DNA of 64,000 nucleotides. Source: an uncultured virus (IMG/VR IMGVR_UViG_3300023117_001979). Its lineage: Duplodnaviria > Heunggongvirae > Uroviricota > Caudoviricetes. The notes under the pieces are model-generated. The model saw only the letters and a program-made list of their open reading frames with translations. It searched no databases and was not told where the DNA came from. The DNA lies in IMG/VR virus record IMGVR_UViG_3300023117_001979. One strand, 5' to 3'. Of this stretch, positions 55,019 through 64,000 are shown piece after piece. The translations under genes and the position numbers were made by a program. The stretch's first letter is position 1. Each line of letters begins with the position of its first letter.

Positions 55019-55433
55019 GATTTGCACCATTAGAGGGTGCAGAAGAAAGGTTCCTTCATTCATTAAAAATAATCCTAAGGGCGAGCCGCTTTGTGCAGTT
55101 CATCATGGGTTACAAGTTAGAATGGAAGAAGATAGAATCACTTGTACTATTATTGATTGTACAAGCATGGCTTATTCAGGCGGTCTGTGCAAAAATCATA
55201 GCCACAGCCCGCGTGAACCCCGTATGGACTTAACAAAGTGGCATACAGAAACAAGACAGGACAAACTAAAGCTGACTCTAGGTAATGTACTTAGAAACAA
55301 GCGTCCTTTGCACTTGCTACAAATGAACGACTTCAATTGTCTTTATTGTAATGGAGATGCTCATAGCTCTCTTGGCGCAAGTCCCCCTCATTGTTGCCCA
55401 GTTTGCTGGGCGAAGATTGAAAAAATTAATTGA
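55011..55433 (+). CDS. Cys/His-rich zinc-finger protein
   Basis: Repeated CxxxxC...CxxH units. Confidence 0.65.
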   Translation: MSKICTIRGCRRKVPSFIKNNPKGEPLCAVHHGLQVRMEEDRITCTIIDCTSMAYSGGLCKNHSHSPREPRMDLTKWHTETRQDKLKLTLGNVLRNKRPLHLLQMNDFNCLYCNGDAHSSLGASPPHCCPVCWAKIEKIN

Positions 55434-55440
55434 GGAATAA

Positions 55441-55665
55441 GTGTTGATGACAATAATTCAACTCATTGTGTTTACCAGTATTGCTCTTGGCTTACAGCAC
55501 CTGTTGTACAAATATCAGGTGCTAGGCACATACACTAGCTGGTATCACCGCATCAAGCACCGAGGTGCTGGATGGGAATATTGGAGGAACCTGGTTATCC
55601 TATGGATAGCATTGGTACTCTCTACTGAAATTACCTACATCATAGGGTTGAGGCTTTATGGTTAA
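55441..55665 (+). CDS. small membrane protein
   Basis: Two TM segments; GTG start in ATAAGTG. Confidence 0.65.
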   Translation: MLMTIIQLIVFTSIALGLQHLLYKYQVLGTYTSWYHRIKHRGAGWEYWRNLVILWIALVLSTEITYIIGLRLYG

Positions 55666-56188
55666 GGAAATTGAAGGAATTGTAAGTCCACCCACCGTAG
55701 TGTGGGACAGGTATACTGACAACTCGTTACGAACCAATAGCTTGGGAAATATCCCTGACGGTGAGTATCGCGTAGTTGATGAGTTTATTTGTAATTTTGA
55801 AAAGACTTACACACCCGGAGGCGATAATGACTGGAAAGAAGGAGATGCTCCTTGCCAGTACATCTATTCCGATACGCGAGTTACTGTCAGGTCAGGAATG
55901 TTTGACCTAGGACAACTTTTACAAGCCGCTGAAGAGCTAAAGACAAAATCCCACTATTGGGGTGTTTATCTTGAAATCGCTAAGTTTGTAAGGAGGCCTC
56001 GTGGTTCTGCTCCTAGTGAGTGGAATAACTGTAAAGACCAAAACATGCCGGGAGCTACTCGGCGTGATGGAACAGTTATACCTCCGTCTGTCATTGTAAG
56101 ATGCAAGCGCAATCGATACAACGAAATGACAGAAGAAGAAAAACAAATGTGGGCCGAAGGCCTCATTTACATCGCATGGGGGAGCTAA
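55658..56188 (+). CDS. hypothetical protein
   Basis: 176-aa ORF. Confidence 0.65.
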   Translation: MVKEIEGIVSPPTVVWDRYTDNSLRTNSLGNIPDGEYRVVDEFICNFEKTYTPGGDNDWKEGDAPCQYIYSDTRVTVRSGMFDLGQLLQAAEELKTKSHYWGVYLEIAKFVRRPRGSAPSEWNNCKDQNMPGATRRDGTVIPPSVIVRCKRNRYNEMTEEEKQMWAEGLIYIAWGS

Positions 56189-56192
56189 CCTC

Positions 56193-56501
56193 ATGTCAGA
56201 ACCTCAAATTGTAAGAGGGTCTTGGCCATATGGAGTGGTTGAGATGGATGACGGAAGAATTTTCGTCAAAGTAATAAATTTCCCTGTAACCGATGATTCG
56301 GGATATGCAGGTGAAAGTATGTGGGTCATTTTGACTGAAGGAGATGAATTTAATGGGGTTGGTACACTAAACAACCAGCCTCGACACTCTTCTATCGAAC
56401 TTGGCTCATACATTCGATTCGCGGGTGGTACAGAAACCACAGAGCCGCGTTTTGTTCAGGTGGTAGCTTACCCACCTACTCAAGGTGAGAACCATGAGTG
56501 A
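56193..56501 (+). CDS. small beta-rich protein (DUF2314-like)
   Basis: GESMWV......GVGTLNNQP......G..I.F. Confidence 0.5.
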   Translation: MSEPQIVRGSWPYGVVEMDDGRIFVKVINFPVTDDSGYAGESMWVILTEGDEFNGVGTLNNQPRHSSIELGSYIRFAGGTETTEPRFVQVVAYPPTQGENHE

Positions 56502-56910
56502 AAGAATCGACTTGACTCAATTTGAAGGGTTAGGAGACTGGGAGGTTGTACCTCAACCAGATGGTGAATACGCTATCGTAACAGGAAGAGATAATTCCTC
56601 CTTGGAAGAAGCGAATACTATCGCCAAACTACCTACTTTAATTGCTGAGTTGAAGAGATGTTATGACTTGATTGACAAGTTTCACTTTATGTATGGAGAC
56701 TCTTTTGAAGAGTCTTTTTGGATTGCGACATGCAAGCCGGATGGCGAAGGCCAGTGCAGTGTGACTGTCAACTCATATGAAATTCTCATGCAAATGGTAG
56801 CCGCCAATGTGGTGGAAATACCAGAATATAGTCATGACCACACAGAACTCATTCTTTTAGAATGCGAGTGTGGTGTGACTCATGAAGAATGGCTTGAAAG
56901 TAAAAACTGA
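56485..56910 (+). CDS. hypothetical protein (start probably ATG 56494)
   Basis: AGGTGA RBS; IAKLPTLIAELKRCY motif. Confidence 0.65.
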   Translation: MRTMSERIDLTQFEGLGDWEVVPQPDGEYAIVTGRDNSSLEEANTIAKLPTLIAELKRCYDLIDKFHFMYGDSFEESFWIATCKPDGEGQCSVTVNSYEILMQMVAANVVEIPEYSHDHTELILLECECGVTHEEWLESKN

Positions 56911-56919
56911 AGGCTATAA

Positions 56920-57636
56920 GTGTCACCATGGAATATTGTTGATAACGATTTGGAGATTCTAAGACATGAGGATTGCCTCGGTGCTCTTGGTTTCTTCGAG
57001 TTCCTCCTAAGTGAGGGACTAAATGAGAACGATGTAATACCAAGTAATCATCGTGAAAACTTCTATCAAGTTGGTAGGGGTGATAGAGTACCATTTTTGG
57101 TAGTGAGCAACAACCTAAGCAAAACTGTTGCCCCCGAAGTTATTCGAGGTTTTGATAACCTCTTTCAAGAAGGGGTAAATCTAACAGGAGCTATGCTTAC
57201 TTCTGATGATACTCACAAAGAGCTCAAGAGAAAATTTGAGCAACGGGAGTTCCAGCCTGGTCAAGAAATGATTGAAAAGGGACTCCTAGTAGAGTGCATT
57301 TTTTGGTATAGGGCGCGTCAACTAAGGACTCGTCGACCAAACTTGAAGCACACTGAGATTTTCGCCACTGTAAATGGTGAAATGGAAATTCTCAAAGAAG
57401 ATATGAAGAATTTCATTGATTTTACAATTCAAACATCAATGATGAGCTTCGTTAATTATCTCGAATCGCATGGCTATGAAGGAACTGATGCTAATGCGAT
57501 TAAGGTCACTATTGTAACTCTTCATTCTCAAGCAGGCGTGATTGTTCACCCTGAAGAAGATGCAGAAATGCTTCGTGAAAACGAAAGAAAGGCTGCCAAG
57601 AAGAAGAAGACTTACTTTGACCCCTCATTCATGTGA
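56920..57636 (+). CDS. hypothetical protein
   Basis: GTG start in ATAAGTG. Confidence 0.7.
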   Translation: MSPWNIVDNDLEILRHEDCLGALGFFEFLLSEGLNENDVIPSNHRENFYQVGRGDRVPFLVVSNNLSKTVAPEVIRGFDNLFQEGVNLTGAMLTSDDTHKELKRKFEQREFQPGQEMIEKGLLVECIFWYRARQLRTRRPNLKHTEIFATVNGEMEILKEDMKNFIDFTIQTSMMSFVNYLESHGYEGTDANAIKVTIVTLHSQAGVIVHPEEDAEMLRENERKAAKKKKTYFDPSFM

Positions 57637-57643
57637 GGTATAA

Positions 57644-58435
57644 GTGGGACTAGAAATTAACCTACAATTTACTGCAAAATCCGTGGCGGAGCTTAGAGAA
57701 CAGCTGACAGCTGCTTTGAGTGAGCTCAACGGAAGCGCAGTGGTGGAAACACCAAACAAGGCTACGAAAACCGAGAGGCCTAGTGCTGAGACTCCTAAAA
57801 AGGAAAAGAAGCCTAAAAGGCCTAAGAAAACGGTAAGGCGACCTAAAGCGCCAAAGGCTAGCTTAGAATGTAAAAGCTGCAAAGCAACGAGCACCCCTCA
57901 ATGGCGCCGTAAAACGGCTCCTGAAGGGCCTCTTTGTAATGCATGTCACATGAAGCTATACAAAGCTGAAAGAGCGGCCAAAAATAGCCCAAAAGAGAGT
58001 AGTGCAGAACGGTCTAGGCGGATTCGCCAAGAAAAGATTGGGTCTGCAGCTGCCTCAAAAAAGAAAAACAAACCTAAGGTAGAGAAGCTAGAGTTTGAAC
58101 CTGCTGAAAAAATCGAAGCGGATATGTCCACTGAAGCATTTTACTTGTGGGCCCAGTCATACTTGCCAGGAATGGTGATGCGTGACAAAACCTTCCTTGT
58201 TGCTTCTAAGGTCATTGAGACCTGGTTTACTACCCTAAGGCCACAGTCTGAATATGACAAGTGGTGTCTTAAAAATTTACAAACATTTACTGATGAAACT
58301 CGTAAGATGTTTGAAGTTTACCAAAAGGTACACCCTACCATTTTGATGATTCAAGATGCCGGGGACAATGTTGTACTTATGGTGAATAACCCGTCGGCCC
58401 TGACTTTTTCAAAGTTAGAAGGCCTACTGGAGTGA
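57644..58435 (+). CDS. GATA-type zinc-finger protein
   Basis: CKSC-KATSTPQWRRKTAPEGPL-CNAC (CX2CX18CX2C with TPxWR and LCNAC), flanked by Lys-rich segments. Confidence 0.85.
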   Translation: MGLEINLQFTAKSVAELREQLTAALSELNGSAVVETPNKATKTERPSAETPKKEKKPKRPKKTVRRPKAPKASLECKSCKATSTPQWRRKTAPEGPLCNACHMKLYKAERAAKNSPKESSAERSRRIRQEKIGSAAASKKKNKPKVEKLEFEPAEKIEADMSTEAFYLWAQSYLPGMVMRDKTFLVASKVIETWFTTLRPQSEYDKWCLKNLQTFTDETRKMFEVYQKVHPTILMIQDAGDNVVLMVNNPSALTFSKLEGLLE

Positions 58436-58439
58436 TTTT

Positions 58440-58787
58440 ATGACTGAAGAAGAGGAAATCGAAGTTTATTTCCCTAAAGGTGAACACTTAGGTGTTCACA
58501 TAGAATCCCCTGGAGCAGCCCTTTTGATGGTTACTCCTCTAGAGGGTGAGCGTTTCAGTCAAAGATTCGTAGTGTTGCTCCATTTTGGCGAAAACACATA
58601 CAAGCTTGTACTTTCATGGTCCCCTTCCCGCGCAGGGGAGGAACGCATTCCATGGGGGACTTTAGATGGGAAGGAAATCGACCCAACTAAGCACCCACTA
58701 TTTGGAACGAAAAATGAACAAGCTGGTTTATATCACAAAACTCTTCCACCGGGCTGTTATGTAGTCCGAGAAGAAATCAAGGTATGA
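58440..58787 (+). CDS. hypothetical protein
   Basis: GGAGTGA RBS. Confidence 0.65.
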   Translation: MTEEEEIEVYFPKGEHLGVHIESPGAALLMVTPLEGERFSQRFVVLLHFGENTYKLVLSWSPSRAGEERIPWGTLDGKEIDPTKHPLFGTKNEQAGLYHKTLPPGCYVVREEIKV

Positions 58788-58794
58788 CCAATAA

Positions 58795-58992
58795 GTGAGT
58801 AACGAAAGTACTTTACAAACTAGTCTGCTAGAGGCTTCAAACGAAAACAATCGTCAATTGAAGCGAATTGCAGATAGCTTGGAAGAACTCCTTTCAATGA
58901 TAAAGGGCGTTCAACCAGCTGAACTTGCGAAAAAGGCAAAGGAGCACAAAAAAGCTCAATCAAATCTGAAAAGGAGGCGAAATAATGAGTGA
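58795..58992 (+). CDS. small coiled-coil protein
   Basis: GTG start in ATAAGTG; LKRIADSLEEL. Confidence 0.65.
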   Translation: MSNESTLQTSLLEASNENNRQLKRIADSLEELLSMIKGVQPAELAKKAKEHKKAQSNLKRRRNNE

Positions 58993-60295
58993 CGAATTAT
59001 TACAAATGGCCCAAAGTTTGGGTTGTTCACCTACATTCGTTGAATTTGAAATGCTCCCGGTTACCTATTCGCAAATTGTACTGGTGGCGGGTCTGATTAT
59101 TACTGACTCTCACCAACAAACTGGACCTAATTATGATGCCAACCAGCGTACAAGGTTTGACCTTTGTACTGAAGTAGGTGATAATGGTCTTGCGATTATC
59201 TTCAACAACCATAACGGTGGTACTACTGGAGAAATCGTTTTCGACGCGCCAAAGTTTAGGCGTTCAAGTCGACACATAATTAATGCTCAAATTGACATGT
59301 CGCCAGGAGACTTTAGGCCTATGGTTCGTAACCGAAGGGCCACTTTATCTATTGGTGACATGGGCTTGATTATTAGCAGTACCGATGACAATGAAATGCT
59401 ACAAAAATACGGTCAACGAGCGGTTCGACGCTATGGTTATCGTAATTACAACAATCGTAGTCACTTTACTAGTCTAGGATTTAATGTAAACTGCAACCAA
59501 GGAATTCAAATTCAATATTCTTGGAACAAAAATGAGCATGTTTATGGCTGGTCAAATAATACAGGTCACGCACAAACTACGGTTATTCCGTTCTTTGGAA
59601 CAGAAAAGCCGACTAGAATTGAGCCTGTATTTGAAGCCAAATTCCCTTATGACACATTTAAAAAAATGTTGAACAGTTCGGGAAGAGCCAAAGATAGTGG
59701 TGGAGCTCTTTATTGGAGCTACAACCCTAAAACAAAGAAAATGTACACTGTTGGCGCATATGCTAACGGTGAAATTTCAAAAGAAGGTCGTACATACAAT
59801 ACTTCAGCTTGGGTACATAACAGTGTAACTGAGCTAATTGCAGGGACAATTCCCTACCGGCCTTTTGGTGAAGCAATTGTAAACCGATACAAAACAGCTA
59901 CCCATGCTGGATTTGGCATGGATGCACATGGTCGGCAGTACATTTGTATTTACTACCCATGGGGTCATATTCGATATAACCATATTACTTTTTCACATGG
60001 TGTAATCGAAGATGAGTCTGTGAGTGATATTTCGGGGCCAAAGGTCTCGTTAGAAAAGAATGCACCTGCGTTCTTTGAAAACTACGATTTATCATTTGAG
60101 TACTCGCCTTATACCGCATCTGAGGAATTATTTCTCAACAAGTGGTACGCAGTATTCAACGAATACCAAGAAGAGCAACTTTCGCGGCCTAAACTGCCGA
60201 AAAAAGGTGAAATTCTTCAATGGTATATTTGTTTTTGTCAGAATGGAGATGTTACTGATGAGGACGCACTGCTAGCTCAGAAAATTTTGAGCTGA
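58985..60295 (+). CDS. hypothetical protein (436 aa)
   Basis: AGGAGG RBS; long ORF. Confidence 0.75.
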   Translation: MSDELLQMAQSLGCSPTFVEFEMLPVTYSQIVLVAGLIITDSHQQTGPNYDANQRTRFDLCTEVGDNGLAIIFNNHNGGTTGEIVFDAPKFRRSSRHIINAQIDMSPGDFRPMVRNRRATLSIGDMGLIISSTDDNEMLQKYGQRAVRRYGYRNYNNRSHFTSLGFNVNCNQGIQIQYSWNKNEHVYGWSNNTGHAQTTVIPFFGTEKPTRIEPVFEAKFPYDTFKKMLNSSGRAKDSGGALYWSYNPKTKKMYTVGAYANGEISKEGRTYNTSAWVHNSVTELIAGTIPYRPFGEAIVNRYKTATHAGFGMDAHGRQYICIYYPWGHIRYNHITFSHGVIEDESVSDISGPKVSLEKNAPAFFENYDLSFEYSPYTASEELFLNKWYAVFNEYQEEQLSRPKLPKKGEILQWYICFCQNGDVTDEDALLAQKILS

Positions 60296-60302
60296 GCTAT
60301 AA

Positions 60303-60707
60303 GTGGCTGAAAAATTGCTAAAAATTGGATGGAGGCATTCTGATGAGTTATGGAAAAATATTTCCGACGAGTCAAGGCCTGCAATCCGTGAGTTTGTTGC
60401 TGTTATAGCAAATATCAAACCACTAAGAACAAGCGAAGATATTGAGGAGTTACTTGCAAAAGAGCTCCCTGATTTTTTTGACCAACGATTTAAACAGCTA
60501 ACTGCTCGTACTACACACCCATTTTGGAGTGGGAACGGGGAGTTTAGTACTGTGACCAACCGCATCCTTTACCTGGGCCTTATCAATGAAAATATTGACA
60601 AGGAGATAGGAATTTTCAACATCATTATGCTACAAGACATTGTGTCTGCGGCTTTGGTGCGATATAACGAACACATTATGCGGATGGATTTGGATGTCAC
60701 TGGATAG
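60303..60707 (+). CDS. hypothetical protein
   Basis: GTG start in ATAAGTG. Confidence 0.7.
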   Translation: MAEKLLKIGWRHSDELWKNISDESRPAIREFVAVIANIKPLRTSEDIEELLAKELPDFFDQRFKQLTARTTHPFWSGNGEFSTVTNRILYLGLINENIDKEIGIFNIIMLQDIVSAALVRYNEHIMRMDLDVTG

Positions 60708-61203
60708 GTTAAATGAAGCCTTTACAGACGAAGTACCTCCATCCCAGGTCATAGTTAACACCACAACTTACATTCGAAGCGAATATTTCAAAGACGGGTC
60801 GAGAGTTTTCTTCAGCCCGCTTGACTTCGCGTTGAATGGTCCAAAAGAAGGAACGATAATGGAAAGAGACTGCCCAAGCATGGGCTTATGCAAAGTAAAG
60901 GTGCTGAGTAAGCATTATGAGCATAATTCTGAAACCCCGTCCTTCGTGGAATGTCTCGTTACTAAAAATAGTCGAGAATACAAAGTGTGGCTCATTGTTA
61001 GAGCTACACCGACCGTTATTGATAAATTTCGATTCCAATACATGGCAAGGATGCCTAATCACAATTTTGCTATTATTCCTGACTATGTACTTGAAAACAA
61101 ACTGCCGAAAAATCCCCACACTCCCTACAATGATGCGAGCTTTGGGTTCGCCGCAGTTACTGGAATTTCCATTGGAACACGAATCCCTGAGGATTTAACA
61201 TGA
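60640..61203 (+). CDS. hypothetical protein (start probably ATG 60694)
   Basis: ORF overlapping both neighbours by a few bases. Confidence 0.6.
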   Translation: MCLRLWCDITNTLCGWIWMSLDRLNEAFTDEVPPSQVIVNTTTYIRSEYFKDGSRVFFSPLDFALNGPKEGTIMERDCPSMGLCKVKVLSKHYEHNSETPSFVECLVTKNSREYKVWLIVRATPTVIDKFRFQYMARMPNHNFAIIPDYVLENKLPKNPHTPYNDASFGFAAVTGISIGTRIPEDLT

Positions 61204-61664
61204 CAATGAAAGATGATAACGAAAGAATTTTGGAGTTAATCCAAGAGCGAATGAAAGTAGGCGTAAAGCGCTACGGACATGGTCTCAAAAAAGAAGATGA
61301 CACAACGCAATATGGCACTAAGACTGATTCTTGGACCGAAATGGGACTAGAAGAGGCTCTTGACTTGTCTATTTACTTGTCAACACAATTGCTTAGAATC
61401 CTCGACCGAGAGGCTAAGCAAAATGTTGCTATGATAAAAGAAGCGAATGTTGTCATGAGAAAAAAAATACAACGGTATGAAATGATTCATGCAGAAGCTA
61501 TTCAAGACGAAACCATGCCTCACCCACACGAATGTACTTGTGGGGGAGATACGGGCTGTCAAATGATAAAGCCTGGCTGCTTGAATATTCGATTTCATGA
61601 AGCGGATATTTGTGACAAAGATTGTCACATCTGTCAGAATCCTGACGACTTCCCGCTTCTTTAA
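61200..61664 (+). CDS. all-alpha NTP pyrophosphohydrolase-like (MazG-like) protein with Cys-rich tail
   Basis: ER..VG.KRYG..L...W....LEEALD..IY pattern common in viral proteins. Confidence 0.45.
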   Translation: MTMKDDNERILELIQERMKVGVKRYGHGLKKEDDTTQYGTKTDSWTEMGLEEALDLSIYLSTQLLRILDREAKQNVAMIKEANVVMRKKIQRYEMIHAEAIQDETMPHPHECTCGGDTGCQMIKPGCLNIRFHEADICDKDCHICQNPDDFPLL

Positions 61665-61672
61665 GCCAATAA

Positions 61673-62152
61673 GTGTTACCTCGTATCACAAACCATATTA
61701 CCCGTTTGTGGGGCCACAGGAAAAATGTCACTGATGACAGTAATCCTGGGCAAATGAAGAGTGTTGAAGTTAGTGAAGTCAAAATCACTGAACAAACGCT
61801 CGCTAACTTGAAGGAAGCAGTAAATCGAGCTGAAGAACGAATTGCTGCTTGTCGAAAGCGCTTCGGAAAAGAAGCACTAGAGGACATGGACCGTCGCTAT
61901 GCTGAACGGAAAAATCCTCTCCCAAAGGAAGAGCAAGATGCACTATCTAAGGCACTTCCTAGGCTGCAATTGTGGCCTAGTAACCGACAAGGTGAACATC
62001 AATTGAAGATTTTTGCTTTTGAGGTAAATGACATGGACCCTGCAACTGAACCTAGTAAGCCTATTCTTGACGCTACTAAAAAATCAGTTGAAAGTAACCT
62101 ACCTGACGAAAGGAAAGGTGGCTTCGACGGTCTAGGTTCACTCTTTGGGTGA
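61673..62152 (+). CDS. hypothetical protein
   Basis: GTG start in ATAAGTG. Confidence 0.65.
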   Translation: MLPRITNHITRLWGHRKNVTDDSNPGQMKSVEVSEVKITEQTLANLKEAVNRAEERIAACRKRFGKEALEDMDRRYAERKNPLPKEEQDALSKALPRLQLWPSNRQGEHQLKIFAFEVNDMDPATEPSKPILDATKKSVESNLPDERKGGFDGLGSLFG

Positions 62153-62160
62153 ACATATAA

Positions 62161-63930
62161 GTGGAAGAATTTGATATTTTTCTTAACTACCCTAACTTGT
62201 TTCAGAGCAATGTGAGGCCTAGCAACTGTGTTATTGGAACTATTCCAGTGACTCGTATGGCCGCTATGCTTGGACAAGAAAGGAGCGAAAGCGAAATAGT
62301 TGCAGCCCCCGTTGAAGAAGATAGTTACTATCTTTCTTGGGGTTCTGCCGCAGATGGACAACACCGATGGCAAAACCGTGGCTCAAAAGCCTGTGTAAGA
62401 ACCTTAGGTCCCATTAAAAGGTTAGAAAATGATAGTTACCAATTTAAGGTATTAACCCAATTGGGAATAACTAAGGCAAGTGACTCTGGCTACTATTATG
62501 GTAGTCACAATAACAAAAATGCGTTTGGCGATATAGTCTGCCGAGACCGAATTAACCAAATATGGCTTGATTGCGTCCCTGGACTAGAAGATGCTATGAA
62601 AGAATTTGTAAGAAATGCTCACACACGAAGAGAGAGACCACCTTTGGCAGGTTCAACTCCGGGCTCTATTACAATTCATAATAACGGTGAAGATACTTGT
62701 AGGGTTGCTATTACTATCACTTCTGAGCAAGCAGCTATTTTGAGTCAAAGGTTGACTCAAGAATATACTTCGCTAAAAGATGAAAAAATGAGTGAATACA
62801 CATTAATTACTCATGAAAGGCTAGGAATGAATTCGGGTAAAATCCCTTATCGTTACAACAGGCCTGAACAATATAGGAATGAATATTTTCGTAGTGAGTC
62901 CTATGACCGTATGAACATTAAAACGCTCATAGTGAAACAAGATGGAAAGAAGCGCAAAGCTGGGCATTCTGAATCGCTCGGTATTATTGGGCTTTCTCAC
63001 GGCGAAAGAAAACAAAATTTTCCTATTGACCTATACTACAATGAAGAGCAAGAAGTAAGTCTTGAAGCTGTGTTATCATTTAAGCAGTATTCCATTGTAG
63101 TGTCTGTTGACAGAACCGGAAGAACCCAGATTTCGTCTACACGAAACATGGTTTTTCTGCCATATGTTAGCGGACTCGTGCTTGTAGCAAAGCCGAAAAA
63201 AATAACCCCTGGTGCTACTTTTCAGAGTGAGCTTCTTACTAGAGTCCTTGACCAAACTAAGAAGCGACAAATCAAGGGTGGATATAGAGGACCTTATCAA
63301 GGTCTATCTAAACTAACATACGGAGAAGAGACTTTGTTTCAAGTACGCTTTGCAAGTGGACTTAAAGCAATTGCCAGCGGGGAACCAATTAAGAAATTTA
63401 AGCTGGATATTCCCCCTCGACTTCCTCTCAGTATGGAAGACTATGTCGAAATCGAAAGGCCAATGACCAATATCAAACCGATTGAAGTTGGGCATTTGAA
63501 CCTATACCGTATTTCTGAATCGCCTAGAAAGCTGGTTACAGGAGAAATCCTTAGTGACTTACAGCTACCTAGTATGCCTGATTTTATGCTAGCTATTGAC
63601 ACCGACATTCGTATCGAAAGTAACGACGAATATGTTGGTGGTAGCGAGTGCTCAGGCGATTGTCAACATGAGAATGTCAACATGCCTATTCCTCCTGGCC
63701 TTTATGTGGTCAAAAAGAAAGAGCGATGTGTAATTTCTCACGACCCTGGGCGACCAGAGTACAATGTTGGATTTGGAAGCATTTGTAATGATGGTATTAC
63801 GATTCGACGCCTACTATCACAACTAAACATTCACTATGACCAATTTAGAGGGAACATGGTTGGGGACGGCACAAAGGTTCAGGAAACTGACCTGTCTGTT
63901 TCTGCTGGTTCTTTGCTTGGTCGTTTCTAG
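62161..63930 (+). CDS. hypothetical protein (589 aa)
   Basis: GTG start in ATAAGTG; long ORF. Confidence 0.75.
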   Translation: MEEFDIFLNYPNLFQSNVRPSNCVIGTIPVTRMAAMLGQERSESEIVAAPVEEDSYYLSWGSAADGQHRWQNRGSKACVRTLGPIKRLENDSYQFKVLTQLGITKASDSGYYYGSHNNKNAFGDIVCRDRINQIWLDCVPGLEDAMKEFVRNAHTRRERPPLAGSTPGSITIHNNGEDTCRVAITITSEQAAILSQRLTQEYTSLKDEKMSEYTLITHERLGMNSGKIPYRYNRPEQYRNEYFRSESYDRMNIKTLIVKQDGKKRKAGHSESLGIIGLSHGERKQNFPIDLYYNEEQEVSLEAVLSFKQYSIVVSVDRTGRTQISSTRNMVFLPYVSGLVLVAKPKKITPGATFQSELLTRVLDQTKKRQIKGGYRGPYQGLSKLTYGEETLFQVRFASGLKAIASGEPIKKFKLDIPPRLPLSMEDYVEIERPMTNIKPIEVGHLNLYRISESPRKLVTGEILSDLQLPSMPDFMLAIDTDIRIESNDEYVGGSECSGDCQHENVNMPIPPGLYVVKKKERCVISHDPGRPEYNVGFGSICNDGITIRRLLSQLNIHYDQFRGNMVGDGTKVQETDLSVSAGSLLGRF

Positions 63931-63943
63931 TTGAGATATATAA

Positions 63944-64000
63944 GTGACTGATGAAAATTCAGAACAAATTGATGCTAACTCCCAGGAGGGAGTAGTATTC
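63944..64000 (+). CDS. 5' end of next gene (partial, MTDENSEQIDANSQEGVVF...)
   Basis: GTG of ATAAGTG opens a frame that runs off the window. Confidence 0.55.
   Translation, partial: MTDENSEQIDANSQEGVVF

Overview
Most likely a 64-kb segment of a large, probably undescribed dsDNA virus or extrachromosomal element of an archaeon. Evidence: archaeal-style GGAGGTGA/AGGTGA ribosome-binding sites, a group II chaperonin, PolB, an Rpo5/RpoH subunit and a tail-spike chaperone fragment. The thermosome+PolB pairing recalls Marine Group II 'magroviruses', but the host assignment is inference. Layout: (1) 1-10.6 kb, + strand: spike end, thermosome, small GTPase and many membrane proteins. (2) 10.6-18.1 kb, - strand: small genes, Cas4-like nuclease, GmrSD-like nuclease and an apparently inactive resolvase. 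(3) 18.2-25.1 kb, + strand: serine recombinase and PolB. (4) 25.1-31.5 kb, - strand: rpoH, RNase H and a single fused, very divergent RNA polymerase largest subunit. (5) 32-64 kb, all + strand: mostly orphan genes. The most notable signals are in block 5. An ATAAG(C)GTG motif occurs about 27 times, and its GTG is the start codon of about 16 ORFs. A fixed-spacing bipartite element (GTAGTACTAC-N8-GCGCTACAAYATG) occurs four times. About 5 kb of ORF-poor, densely base-paired sequence looks like several large novel structured RNAs, with internal covariation and pseudoknots, and a three-way-junction motif is duplicated nearby. Together these suggest an element with its own transcription apparatus, promoter grammar and large ncRNAs. 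It also encodes a eukaryote-type GATA zinc finger and a small PIP-box peptide missed by the ORF track. All protein family calls come from motifs recognised by eye, not database searches.
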